From Arenicellales bacterium (lineage in GTDB: Bacteria; Pseudomonadota; Gammaproteobacteria; Arenicellales; JAHEKD01), in NCBI GenBank assembly GCA_965204695.1, contig OZ242007.1, forward strand, positions 451,859-515,858: a DNA stretch of 64,000 nucleotides, written 5' to 3'. The notes under the pieces were generated by a model. That model ran no database searches and had not been told where the DNA came from. It worked only from the letters and a program-made list of their open reading frames with translations. This document shows positions 46,450 through 55,888 of this stretch, one piece after another. The stretch's first letter is position 1, and each line of letters starts with the position of its first letter. The position numbers and the translations under genes are program-made.

Positions 46450-49197
46450 ATGAAAGCAAATCTATCTACTTTAGAAAATAGCCTTTTCGAGCAAATACTT
46501 GAATCATCACAAAATAATTCTGAAGTAATCGCTATTCACGAAGACATCAGATCAATCACATACGGCGAACTTCAATCTCAAGCAGAAAGCATAGCGCAAC
46601 AGTTGTATGACTATGATTGCCAAATCGAAGAACCTATTGCAATCATTACTAACGGTGGGATTGATATGATTGCAGGTATGATTGGTAGTATGCAAGTCGC
46701 TGCCACCTTTGTTCCGCTTGATTTTTCCGCACCCATTGAAAGAACCACGCAGATGCTTTCGGATTTGCAAAGTAGAACTGTTATTGCGGATGAAGGTTTA
46801 AACATCGACCACATAGTTGGGCCAGAAACAAATGTTATTCGCCCACAATCCGGTGTTCAAAGCTCCAAATTTCGCCCCCTGCGCGATGAAAGTATTATTT
46901 ATGGTTTCTTTACATCGGGCAGCACTGGCCAACCAAAGTGTTGCCTAAACACGCATCTTGGATTATCGAACAGGTTTGCTTTTAACAGTTCTGTTAAATC
47001 ACTAAGCGTAGGTGATTCTATTCTGCAAAATTCTAAGCACACTTTTGATGCAGTACTGTGGCAAACTTTATGGCCATTGACTGCTGGAGCAACAGTCGTT
47101 ATCCCCAAGCGCGATAAGCTGGTTGATATTGAAAGAACTGTCAACACTATTTATACACACAATGTAGTAATGACCGACATAGTGCCCTCTGTTTTGACTG
47201 TTCTACTTGATTATTTGGACCTCCATCAAAGCGACAGGGAAAAACTAAAAAGCTTGACTGAATTATTTGTTGGAGGAGAAGAAACCTCTGTACAGCTAGT
47301 TCAGCGTATAAAAAATATACTTCCCTGGGTTCGCTTAACCAATACCTATGGTCCCACAGAAGCGGCAATTGGCATGATTTACCATCATTTTGATGGAACT
47401 GAAACGGATGACATTCCTCTAGGCAAGCCTATTCCTGGCGCCACAGCCGTTATCTTGGATGAGGATCTTAAGCCTGTAGCTGAAGGAGTTGTTGGACAAT
47501 TGGCTATAGGCGGTAATTGCTTGGGCGCTGGATATCACAATGACATTTTAAAAACAGAGAAAGCATTTCCAACTATTGGCTCCACAGAAAACAAGCAGAG
47601 AGTTTTCCTGACTGGCGATCGAGCGGTTGTAAAAAATGAGCGGCTATACTTTCGGGGACGTGCCGACAAACAAATTAAAATACGAGGTGTCCGCATAGAA
47701 TTAAAGGAGGTAGAAACATCATTCGAAGCTCACCCTGAAATCATCCAGTTCCGGGTCGTACCTGTATCGAGAACAATTGGTGGTACACAGCTCTATGCAT
47801 TCTATACAGCACATTCGACTCTACCTATTTCTGAATTGAAGGGCTTTGCTCATAAACGGCTGCCCAGTGAGTTTATTCCTTCACATTTCCAACAAATAGA
47901 TGCCTTTGAGACAACCAGTGCCGGAAAAATTGACCGTACTAGACTCAGAAACATGGCAGCACCCAAAGTTAACAACACAAACTCCAGTACATCTGATGCG
48001 CTAAAAACGTTAGTGTTAGAACAAACCGGATTAACAGTCGACTCTAATGATAATTTATTTCTTGCCGGTTTAGATTCGCTGAATGCGATGCGCCTCGCTT
48101 TAGCTATAGAACAAAAATTCAATATCTCTATCTCTGCCAGGCAACTATATGAAAATCCAACTATTGCTGCCATTGATAAACTCCTTGAAAGCCCGCCTGT
48201 TAAACCTCCTAGTAATTTTAAGCCCGTTCTTTATACCTCTCTCGCCCTGTTTGCGATAGGGCTTGTTATGATTTACCCCACTCAGGTACAGGGGACACTG
48301 CTGTACATTGTCAAGAGTCTTAGTGCGGTCATATACCTCGTCACTCTGGGGATCGTAATCGCTGCCTGGATCACCGCCAGCGGTGCCAGCAAGCATGTGG
48401 CTGAAGTGTTCAACGGGAATCTTCTCAAAACAGTTATCGCCGCTTCAGCAATAGGCACTGTCACACCTGTATGTGGATTGGCAATTTTGCCGGTAATGGC
48501 CGGGCTATTGGCTACTCGTGTACCACTCGCACCCGTGATGGCGTTTTGGTTATCCTCTCCAGTGACAGGACCGGCTATATTAACAGCAACCGCTGCCACC
48601 TTAGGCATGAACTTTGCTATCGGCAAAGCATTAGCTGCTTTTGGCCTGGGCATTTTCGGTGGCCTGGTAGTTGGATTGCTAAGCGCAAAACCCTGGATCA
48701 AATCGGTTTTACGTGATAACGCCTTTGTCGGAAAGCTTGGCCAAGTGAGTCAAGCCGATAAAATCGAGTGGGCTATATGGCGTACGCCTGAAACACGCCA
48801 TCGCTTTGCAAGAGAATTCCTTGCAACCGCACGCCTTGTACTAATGTGTCTGATCCCGGCATTTATCGCTGAATATTGGCTGCAGCACTTACTGGAGCCT
48901 GAGTCTCTATCAATTTATGTTGGTGAAGATGTCTGGTGGGCTATTCCACTGACAGTCCTGATTGGAGCACCTGCTTATATTGATGCTTTTGCGGCTCTGC
49001 CCCTGACCCGTTCTCTCATGGATCACGGTATGTCGACAGGTGCTGCAATGAGTTTTCTCGTGTCAGGTGGCGTTGTCAGTATCTGGGGGGCGATGGCAAT
49101 ATTCCCGGTGCTTAAAATCAGGCCATTCCTTCTCTATCTTACCCTCGCTGTAACCGGGTCGATGGCAGTTGGTTGGCTATTTGGGATGACCGTTTGA
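46450..49197 (+). CDS. NRPS-like adenylation (A) domain plus thiolation (T/PCP) domain, fused to a C-terminal polytopic permease domain (YraQ/ArsP-like)
   Basis: All ten A-domain cores are readable, for example 'FTSGSTGQPK', 'FDAVLW', 'NTYGPTEA', 'FLTGDRA', 'GRADKQIKIRGVRIELKEVE' and 'SAGKIDR'. The T-domain motif is 'LFLAGLDSLNAMRLA'. About 330 aa of TM helices follow, including 'GTVTPVCGLAILPV'. Confidence 0.75.
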   Translation: MKANLSTLENSLFEQILESSQNNSEVIAIHEDIRSITYGELQSQAESIAQQLYDYDCQIEEPIAIITNGGIDMIAGMIGSMQVAATFVPLDFSAPIERTTQMLSDLQSRTVIADEGLNIDHIVGPETNVIRPQSGVQSSKFRPLRDESIIYGFFTSGSTGQPKCCLNTHLGLSNRFAFNSSVKSLSVGDSILQNSKHTFDAVLWQTLWPLTAGATVVIPKRDKLVDIERTVNTIYTHNVVMTDIVPSVLTVLLDYLDLHQSDREKLKSLTELFVGGEETSVQLVQRIKNILPWVRLTNTYGPTEAAIGMIYHHFDGTETDDIPLGKPIPGATAVILDEDLKPVAEGVVGQLAIGGNCLGAGYHNDILKTEKAFPTIGSTENKQRVFLTGDRAVVKNERLYFRGRADKQIKIRGVRIELKEVETSFEAHPEIIQFRVVPVSRTIGGTQLYAFYTAHSTLPISELKGFAHKRLPSEFIPSHFQQIDAFETTSAGKIDRTRLRNMAAPKVNNTNSSTSDALKTLVLEQTGLTVDSNDNLFLAGLDSLNAMRLALAIEQKFNISISARQLYENPTIAAIDKLLESPPVKPPSNFKPVLYTSLALFAIGLVMIYPTQVQGTLLYIVKSLSAVIYLVTLGIVIAAWITASGASKHVAEVFNGNLLKTVIAASAIGTVTPVCGLAILPVMAGLLATRVPLAPVMAFWLSSPVTGPAILTATAATLGMNFAIGKALAAFGLGIFGGLVVGLLSAKPWIKSVLRDNAFVGKLGQVSQADKIEWAIWRTPETRHRFAREFLATARLVLMCLIPAFIAEYWLQHLLEPESLSIYVGEDVWWAIPLTVLIGAPAYIDAFAALPLTRSLMDHGMSTGAAMSFLVSGGVVSIWGAMAIFPVLKIRPFLLYLTLAVTGSMAVGWLFGMTV

Positions 49198-49301
49198 ATT
49201 AAAGTTTAATTTACTATCACTAGATTTTTATGATTGAACCAAGTTCAGTAAATCCCGTAATAAGTGCGGGAAACAGTTATTTAGAAGCAAAATAGCGATA
49301 C

Positions 49302-50516
49302 TTATTTTAAGGTTTCCTCAAGACTAACAACATGGTTATAAGCATCTATGTCATTTTGATCTAAATAGCTTTGTCTGGCCTTGGCATAATAATCTTCTGC
49401 TTTATCAAGGTTATTGTTAGAGTCAAATAGCAATGCCATAACATCCGGCAGTCTAAAATACATATCCCTTTTGCCAGAACGCGATAGGATTTCAGATGCC
49501 TTGACTCTAAATTCCCAGGCCCGGCCTTGTTCTCCTTTTGATTTATAGAGGCTGTAAAGTTTCATATAGTCACGTGCTTGTCGCACCAAATTAATTTGCG
49601 ACTCATAATTAAAAAGCTTCGATTCAATATCGGATTGCAATGCTGCGATAGTATCCAGGGACGCATGTTTTTCACGTAACTCTGATAAAACCAGCATAGC
49701 TTGATGATCTTGACCCGAGTCAGCGTAATAATTTGCGGCCTTCACTAATGCATCACGCTCGTCATTATAATTCTGTTGCGAACCATAATATCTTGCTAAT
49801 GACTTAAATGCACTTGCGACCGCTCCCGAACGCCCTAGCTGTAGATTTTCTTCTATTGAGGAATCAATAATCTGCTTGGCAATGTAGCTTCGGCCTTTGC
49901 TCAGATAATATCTGGCAATCAATAAATCATCATAAGCGTTACCCGCACGTTTGGCGATTTCTCGTCGCTTTGCATACATGCGCCCAATCAATAACTGAGT
50001 ATTTGCGATTTGCTGATAGTTATTTGATTGTTCAAAAATATCCAATGCCTCAAATAAATACACTTCAGTTGACGCTAAATCTCCTTCCGTAGCCGAGACA
50101 CGGCCAAGTAATTGCATCACCTCTCCAAGGAAAAAACTATCTTGTTGATCAACAGCTAAAGATGCTTTTTTTATTAAATAATGCCTAGCTTTCGCATAAT
50201 TGTCATTATTAACCCAACTGATTAAGGTTTGTTTATCTAGTTTTATTGGGTTGGATTGCTTAGTAACAATTGGGTTTTTCTCAATATCCTTTAACAGTTC
50301 TTGTTTGGGATCCGGTTGTTGAACATTTAAATTCTCTTGCTCAATATAATTAGCGGCCGGAACGGAATCAACATTGTTTTGTATAACATTTTCATTAGGT
50401 TCTTGAGGTTCGTTTTTATTCTGGTACAGGGTAAGCACCAAAAGTGAACTGGCTAAAACTATAGAAAAAACAATACTATAGAGCGTATTCTTTTGTTTTT
50501 GTCTTGAAACTGACAT
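49302..50516 (-). CDS. Membrane-anchored TPR-like repeat protein, hypothetical
   Basis: One N-terminal TM helix is followed by repeated A/Y-rich helical-pair patterns ('ARYYLSKGR', 'ARYYGSQQNY', 'ANYYADSGQ', 'AEDYYAKARQSY'). Confidence 0.4.
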   Translation of the reverse strand: MSVSRQKQKNTLYSIVFSIVLASSLLVLTLYQNKNEPQEPNENVIQNNVDSVPAANYIEQENLNVQQPDPKQELLKDIEKNPIVTKQSNPIKLDKQTLISWVNNDNYAKARHYLIKKASLAVDQQDSFFLGEVMQLLGRVSATEGDLASTEVYLFEALDIFEQSNNYQQIANTQLLIGRMYAKRREIAKRAGNAYDDLLIARYYLSKGRSYIAKQIIDSSIEENLQLGRSGAVASAFKSLARYYGSQQNYNDERDALVKAANYYADSGQDHQAMLVLSELREKHASLDTIAALQSDIESKLFNYESQINLVRQARDYMKLYSLYKSKGEQGRAWEFRVKASEILSRSGKRDMYFRLPDVMALLFDSNNNLDKAEDYYAKARQSYLDQNDIDAYNHVVSLEETLK

Positions 50517-50609
50517 CGCTGTTTAGAACTACTTGTTCACTACAGTATCCCAAACTTTGAACTAAAGGTCAAAATAGTAAAACACAGTAGATTTGATAAC
50601 TTAAAAATT

Positions 50610-51245
50610 TTATTTTAAAGCTAAGGCTATCATCGATTTAGCTATGGGTGCAAAACGACCCACTCTTTTAAATTCAACCTTACTAAAACCGGCCTCTCGC
50701 AGCAAAGTCGATAATGTTGCTTCAGAAAAGAAACGAATATGTCCATCGTCCCATAAGGGATCATAATGGGAGTCCGTTTTACCTGCTAATGCGATAACAA
50801 GGTTTTTAATATAGCCGTGATATGGAGTGGAAATAATCGCCCTGCCTCCTGGCATTAATAAATCAAACACTGATTTAGCAAATTTACGTGGAAATTGAAC
50901 ATGCTCGATAACCTCGAGACTATAAACGATTGGGAAGGTGCCAAATTCTTGTTTTAAGTCTTGGTAAATATTTCCAGATTTAAGATTTAAGCTTGGATAG
51001 GCTTTTTGTGCCACCTCAACACCTGTCTTTGAAGGTTCAATGCCAGTGACGTGATAACCCATTTGTGCCAAATGATTTGCCGTCCAGCCATTTCCAAAAC
51101 CCACTTCAAATAAACGTTTATCTGATAAATCATAATCATTAATGATTTCAACCAAAGGATTTACGAGATAATCATTTTCCCAACGTCCAGTACCGAAATA
51201 CTGATAATCACCTTCTAACTTAACGTTTTCGTTCGAGTCACTCAC
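50610..51245 (-). CDS. Class I SAM-dependent methyltransferase
   Basis: Motif I is 'LFEVGFGNGW' and the post-I motif is 'GYHVTGIEP'. The size is 211 aa. Confidence 0.7.
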   Translation of the reverse strand: MSDSNENVKLEGDYQYFGTGRWENDYLVNPLVEIINDYDLSDKRLFEVGFGNGWTANHLAQMGYHVTGIEPSKTGVEVAQKAYPSLNLKSGNIYQDLKQEFGTFPIVYSLEVIEHVQFPRKFAKSVFDLLMPGGRAIISTPYHGYIKNLVIALAGKTDSHYDPLWDDGHIRFFSEATLSTLLREAGFSKVEFKRVGRFAPIAKSMIALALK

Positions 51246-51259
51246 TCCCGCATATCAAC

Positions 51260-51796
51260 CTAATTTGACTTTATTCGTGCGCGTCTTCCACCTTTGCGCT
51301 GAGTTGGTTGTGCATTTTCAGAGGCAGCTCTTATTAAAATAGTTTGATCCGGCCACATCATGTTTACAGTTTGCCAACCTGTCGCAGGCAAGCCGGACTT
51401 AACCTGATCAATCTGTGCACCTACAACGACCAACAACCCACCGGGCATGAGTTTATCTAACAAACCAGATATCATTGCCGTTAAATTCGGATTGTTTTCA
51501 AGTAAGATCAAATTAAAAAAGTAGCGCGATATATCATCCAGAAATGATAAATGATTTTGTTTATGCACAGCAATTCTGATGTCCTTGGCCGTAAGTCCCT
51601 GGCTAGCTGACAGGCCTTGATCCGTTTCAACATTGAGCACCAAACGTGTAGTCATGGGCATCGCTTGTGATATCGCTAGGCAATTATCATAAAGCGCTTC
51701 ACCGCAGCATAGAATCAAACCTGAATCGTAGTCACTAGCCATCATAGCCAGGAACTGTGGAGCCGGAGAACCCTTATTCAATAAACCCTGATCCAT
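51260..51796 (-). CDS. Hypothetical protein, possibly a degenerate methyltransferase-like fold, with a basic C-terminal tail
   Basis: This is an ORF only. 'LMPGGLLVVVG' resembles a methyltransferase beta-4 region, but no motif I is evident. Confidence 0.3.
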   Translation of the reverse strand: MDQGLLNKGSPAPQFLAMMASDYDSGLILCCGEALYDNCLAISQAMPMTTRLVLNVETDQGLSASQGLTAKDIRIAVHKQNHLSFLDDISRYFFNLILLENNPNLTAMISGLLDKLMPGGLLVVVGAQIDQVKSGLPATGWQTVNMMWPDQTILIRAASENAQPTQRKGGRRARIKSN

Positions 51797-51867
51797 TTCA
51801 ATAATACAGTCACAAACAATAATAATCGGATTATAGTTCAGTTATTGCTCAGTTCATTTAGTTATTT

Positions 51868-52680
51868 ATGGCTATAATCCATCAACCCACTAAGGATGTA
51901 TCTATGTTACCGGACAATATAGAAGGTTTTTCTAACCAGCTCGCTGATCAAGCTAGAGAAATTGCTTTGAAATATTTCCGTAAAACTCTAACGGTTGAAA
52001 ATAAATCTGATAATTCACCGGTCAGTATTGCTGATAAGGAAATTGAACAAACCTTAAGAAGCATGATTGCTAGTGAATTCCCGGATCATGGTATTTTGGG
52101 TGAAGAGTTTGAAACCAAGTCAGCGGATTCGGATTATCTTTGGGTGATTGATCCCATTGACGGTACTAAAAGTTTCATTTGCGGCCATCCTTCGTTTGGA
52201 GCATTAATTTCCCTATTAAAAAGTGATCAGCCTGTGCTGGGTATTATTGAAATTCCAGCCATGGGAGAAAGATGGCTGGGAATTGATGAGAAGGGAACAT
52301 TTTTTAATGGTAATCAAGTTCATACTAAAACAACACAAAGACTATCTGATGGTATTTGTTGTGCTACCGGACCAGATTTTTTCAAACAAGATGAACTTCC
52401 AATCTACAATCAAGTCAGCCAACATGGATCATTTAGATTATTCGGCGGGGATTGTTATAACTATGGCTTACTAGCAAGCGGTCACGTAGATGTTGTAATG
52501 GAAGCCGGCCTTAAGCCTTTTGACTTTATGGCTTTGATACCTGTAATCGCAAACGCAGGGGGAATAGTTACTGATTGGCAGGGAAATGAAATGACTTTAG
52601 AGTCGTGCGGTCAAATTCTAGCTTGTGCTAATGAGGATTTGCACAAACAGTGCTTGGATGAAATTAAAAAGGCCGCATAA
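51868..52680 (+). CDS. Inositol-monophosphatase-family phosphatase (SuhB/HisN-like)
   Basis: The motifs 'ILGEEF' and 'WVIDPIDGTKSFI' are present. The real start is probably the Met at about 51901. Confidence 0.8.
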   Translation: MAIIHQPTKDVSMLPDNIEGFSNQLADQAREIALKYFRKTLTVENKSDNSPVSIADKEIEQTLRSMIASEFPDHGILGEEFETKSADSDYLWVIDPIDGTKSFICGHPSFGALISLLKSDQPVLGIIEIPAMGERWLGIDEKGTFFNGNQVHTKTTQRLSDGICCATGPDFFKQDELPIYNQVSQHGSFRLFGGDCYNYGLLASGHVDVVMEAGLKPFDFMALIPVIANAGGIVTDWQGNEMTLESCGQILACANEDLHKQCLDEIKKAA

Positions 52681-54266
52681 GAGGCTGTGTGAAAACAGCT
52701 TTTAAGCTCCTCCGATATCTAAATGCCTCGACCCTGGTCGAGGCATTTCTAGTTGAATGATCTTTTTGCCAATTACGCAAGCTGTTTCAATAGGGGTTTA
52801 ACACCCAGAATGTTGATCGTTCGCAGCAGATTGTAGCTCAACACTCCAATACTGTATTCACTGTAGGCGGATTTTTTCCCCCAACATCGGAACCGTCCGC
52901 CATTGATTAACCGTTTTAGCGTCCCAAACGGTGGCTCCACAATAGCCATTCGTCGTTTCATCAACGTGTCAGAGGCTAAGGCATTGGCCTTTTGCAACGC
53001 CTCTTCATAAAAGTGCCTGGATAGCTGCCGTTTGGTTGATTTAGTACACTGAGGTCTCAGCTCGCAGGAGCGGCAATCACTCACCTTGGGGTAATACATC
53101 GTCAACTTGTCTTTTTTATTCGCCGTACGCCTGGACAATGTTTTCCCAGCCGGACAAATATAAATATCCTCCTCGCTCACATAGGTAAACACTGAACTTG
53201 GAAAGATGCCTTTTTGATTATTCCTTGCACGATTCGAGGGCACCGCAACCGTTACATTCGGATAATCACACCCAGCAATATGTTCTCCATTGGAATAACC
53301 CACATCTGCTAACACCATCATGTCGCCCTGTTTGAGCAATGCATTCGTGGCATCAACCATCGGTTTGAGTGAGCGTGTATCGTTACTCTCCTGTGTCAGG
53401 TCATGATGAACAACAATCTGATGTTTGCTGTCGACTGCATGTTGTACATTGTAGCCGGCCACAGTGCCACCTCGACCCGCCCGCATGAGCTTGGCATCCG
53501 GTTCGCTTGTACAACGCTGGCTATGTCCTGATTCGATGAGTTTATCCAGATTATTTTGCGCTTTGTCACGTTGAGATGTCAGCGATGCCAACACACCTTT
53601 GACCTTATCTTCATTAAACGCCGGCTGAGTACATTCAGCCGAATCCATTTGCTCTAGCTGCTCCAGGTAGTGTTCAATTTTTTGATCTAACCGGCGAATG
53701 CATGTCGAGAGTTTCTGTTGGCTAATGATGCTGTCTTTGCTTGCCGCTGACTTGAACTTACTTCCATCAATGGCAATCACTTCACCAGAAATCAAGCCCG
53801 CCTGACGACAGAATAAAACAAAACAACGACACACCTGTTTAATCGCCTCACCGTTATCCTTCCTAAAGTCAGCAATGGTTTTAAAGTCAGGTGCCAATTG
53901 CCTTAACAGCCAAATCACTTCTAAATTACGCTGACATTCTTTCTCTAGCATGCGGCTACTGGTGCGTTGATTCAGATAGCCGTATATATACAGTTTCAAT
54001 AAGTCACCCGGGTGATAGGGCTTACGGCCCGTTGATGCGGGGTGTGATTGAGTGAAACCATACGCTGAAATATCAAGTGAATTAACAAATGCATCGATTA
54101 CTCGCACAGGATGATCAGCAACAACGAATTCATTAATGCTCGGGGGTAACAGCATCGACTGCTCTCTAGCCGTGCCTTCTATGTATCTCATAAAAAATAA
54201 CCGCGAACTGTGTCGCGGTTATTTTATCAAGTCAGGTCGATAGCAGTGCCGTTTTCACACAGCCTC
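52681..54266 (-). mobile_element. Intact IS1182-family insertion sequence (1586 bp) with perfect 16-bp terminal inverted repeats
   Basis: IRL GAGGCTGTGTGAAAAC (52681-96) is the exact reverse complement of IRR GTTTTCACACAGCCTC (54251-66). It carries a single transposase ORF and internal hairpins at 52721-48 and 54195-54224. Confidence 0.85.
52773..54191 (-). CDS. IS1182-family DDE transposase
   Basis: The N-terminus 'LLPPSINEFVVADHPVRVIDAFVNSLDI...GRKPYHPGDLLKLYIYGYLNQRTSSRMLEKECQRNLEVIWL...PDFKTIADFRK' matches the IS1182/IS5-like N-terminal transposase domain pattern. The size is 472 aa. Confidence 0.8.
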   Translation of the reverse strand: MRYIEGTAREQSMLLPPSINEFVVADHPVRVIDAFVNSLDISAYGFTQSHPASTGRKPYHPGDLLKLYIYGYLNQRTSSRMLEKECQRNLEVIWLLRQLAPDFKTIADFRKDNGEAIKQVCRCFVLFCRQAGLISGEVIAIDGSKFKSAASKDSIISQQKLSTCIRRLDQKIEHYLEQLEQMDSAECTQPAFNEDKVKGVLASLTSQRDKAQNNLDKLIESGHSQRCTSEPDAKLMRAGRGGTVAGYNVQHAVDSKHQIVVHHDLTQESNDTRSLKPMVDATNALLKQGDMMVLADVGYSNGEHIAGCDYPNVTVAVPSNRARNNQKGIFPSSVFTYVSEEDIYICPAGKTLSRRTANKKDKLTMYYPKVSDCRSCELRPQCTKSTKRQLSRHFYEEALQKANALASDTLMKRRMAIVEPPFGTLKRLINGGRFRCWGKKSAYSEYSIGVLSYNLLRTINILGVKPLLKQLA

Positions 54267-54294
54267 ATATAGCGGCCTTTTTGTAGTAAAAAGC

Positions 54295-54960
54295 TTATAA
54301 TTTGTTCGGCTGTTTAGTTACACGCAAATAAGGCTTTTGCTCATCCCAACCTTGCGGGAACATATCTTTGGCCTCTTCATTAGTTACCGCCGGAACAATA
54401 ATGACATCCTCACCATCTTTCCAGTTAGCTGGTGTTGCAACTTTATAACCTGCCGTTAATTGCATTGAGTCGATTACACGTAATATTTCATCAAAATTAC
54501 GTCCCGTGGTCATAGGATAAATCATCATTAACTTGATGTTTTTATCAGGACCAATAATAAAAACAGTACGCACAGTAGCATTAGTCAATGCAGTTCGGCC
54601 TTCTGCCGTTCCCTGTTCATCAGCGGGAAACATGTTATATAACTTGGAAACATGTAAATCGGTGTCGCCGATCATTGGAAAATTAACTGCATAGCCTTGT
54701 GTTTCTTCGATATCACTGGCCCAGGCTGAATGATTATCGACCGGATCAACACTCAAACCGATTACTTTGCAGTTACGTTTTTCAAATTCAGCTTTTAATT
54801 TGGCAACCTGCCCTAACTCAGTTGTACAAACAGGGGTGAAATCTTTTGGGTGAGAAAACAGAACACCCCAGCTATCGCCGAGCCATTCATGAAAATTAAT
54901 TTCTCCTTCGGTTGTCATGGCCGTAAAATCAGGCGCTTGGTCATTAATTCTTAGTGACAT
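54295..54960 (-). CDS. Peroxiredoxin (1-Cys / Prx6-type)
   Basis: The active-site context is 'HPKDFTPVCTTEL'. The size is 221 aa. Confidence 0.9.
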   Translation of the reverse strand: MSLRINDQAPDFTAMTTEGEINFHEWLGDSWGVLFSHPKDFTPVCTTELGQVAKLKAEFEKRNCKVIGLSVDPVDNHSAWASDIEETQGYAVNFPMIGDTDLHVSKLYNMFPADEQGTAEGRTALTNATVRTVFIIGPDKNIKLMMIYPMTTGRNFDEILRVIDSMQLTAGYKVATPANWKDGEDVIIVPAVTNEEAKDMFPQGWDEQKPYLRVTKQPNKL

Positions 54961-55118
54961 GTGTTTATCCTCTTAAGTTAAGTATCAATATCCATCAGGG
55001 ATATTATATATGTATCTGGGTCAGATGTTTTTCAAGCTTTAATCGCTAGCGAAGGTTGGTTTGGCACGGGATAATATACAAAGCAAAATAGATACCCCGG
55101 TGTTTTCGGTGGGGAGTT

Positions 55119-55787
55119 TCATTTGATCAATGAAGCTTTAATGCGAGTGATTAGCCATTGGTTAATTAAATCAATTTCTTCCATCACAACTTGATGCTGC
55201 ATTGGGTATTGATGCCAGACAGGATCCATTCCATTGCTGACGAGCCACTCTCGACTTTTAATAGCTAATGCAATTGGAATAATCGGGTCGTATTCTCCAT
55301 GCGCATAAAAAATATCAGGTTTTTGCTTTATATCAATCTGATCAGCAATCGGCACATAAGTTGACAGAGCAACAATACCGGCTAGTGGATAATCGAGACT
55401 TAAGCCTGAATATAAAGCTATAGCTCCGCCTTGAGAAAAACCGGCCAGGAATATCTTTTCTGGCTCAAAACCAAGGCCTATTTGCTCTTCAATAAAACCC
55501 TTAATGATCTGGGCAGATTCTTTGATGCCTTGTGCGTCCTGCCTAACAGCCAAATCCATCTCTGCTATGTCATACCAACCTCGCATAGTCATGCCACCAT
55601 TAATGGTAATTGGACGCATCGGTGCATGAGGAAATATGAACTTTATTCCAGGCACATCACTAAAGTCCATAGACTTTAAAACCGGCACGAAGTCGTTTCC
55701 ATCTGCGCCTAATCCGTGTAACCAAATTACTGCAAACTCAGGATTTTCCTTGGTTTGTTTAATAATCGTCTCAGAGCTATTGTTCAT
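55119..55787 (-). CDS. Alpha/beta-hydrolase carboxylesterase/phospholipase (Abhydrolase_2 type)
   Basis: The nucleophile elbow is 'GFSQGGA' and 'WLHGLGADG' lies near the N-terminus. Confidence 0.8.
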   Translation of the reverse strand: MNNSSETIIKQTKENPEFAVIWLHGLGADGNDFVPVLKSMDFSDVPGIKFIFPHAPMRPITINGGMTMRGWYDIAEMDLAVRQDAQGIKESAQIIKGFIEEQIGLGFEPEKIFLAGFSQGGAIALYSGLSLDYPLAGIVALSTYVPIADQIDIKQKPDIFYAHGEYDPIIPIALAIKSREWLVSNGMDPVWHQYPMQHQVVMEEIDLINQWLITRIKASLIK

Positions 55788-55819
55788 AAATTGCAGGTAA
55801 AGAAAAAAAGCTAATAAGC

Positions 55820-55854
55820 AAAAAGCGGCAAAAAATAAAATTTTGCCGCTTTTA
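55820..55854 (-). terminator. Rho-independent terminator after fhs
   Basis: AGCGGCAAAA...TTTTGCCGCT forms a stem flanked by A and T runs, immediately 3' of the fhs stop. Confidence 0.7.
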
Positions 55855-55888
55855 AATATAAAGTACAGGGTTTTAGCCTAACTGTTAA

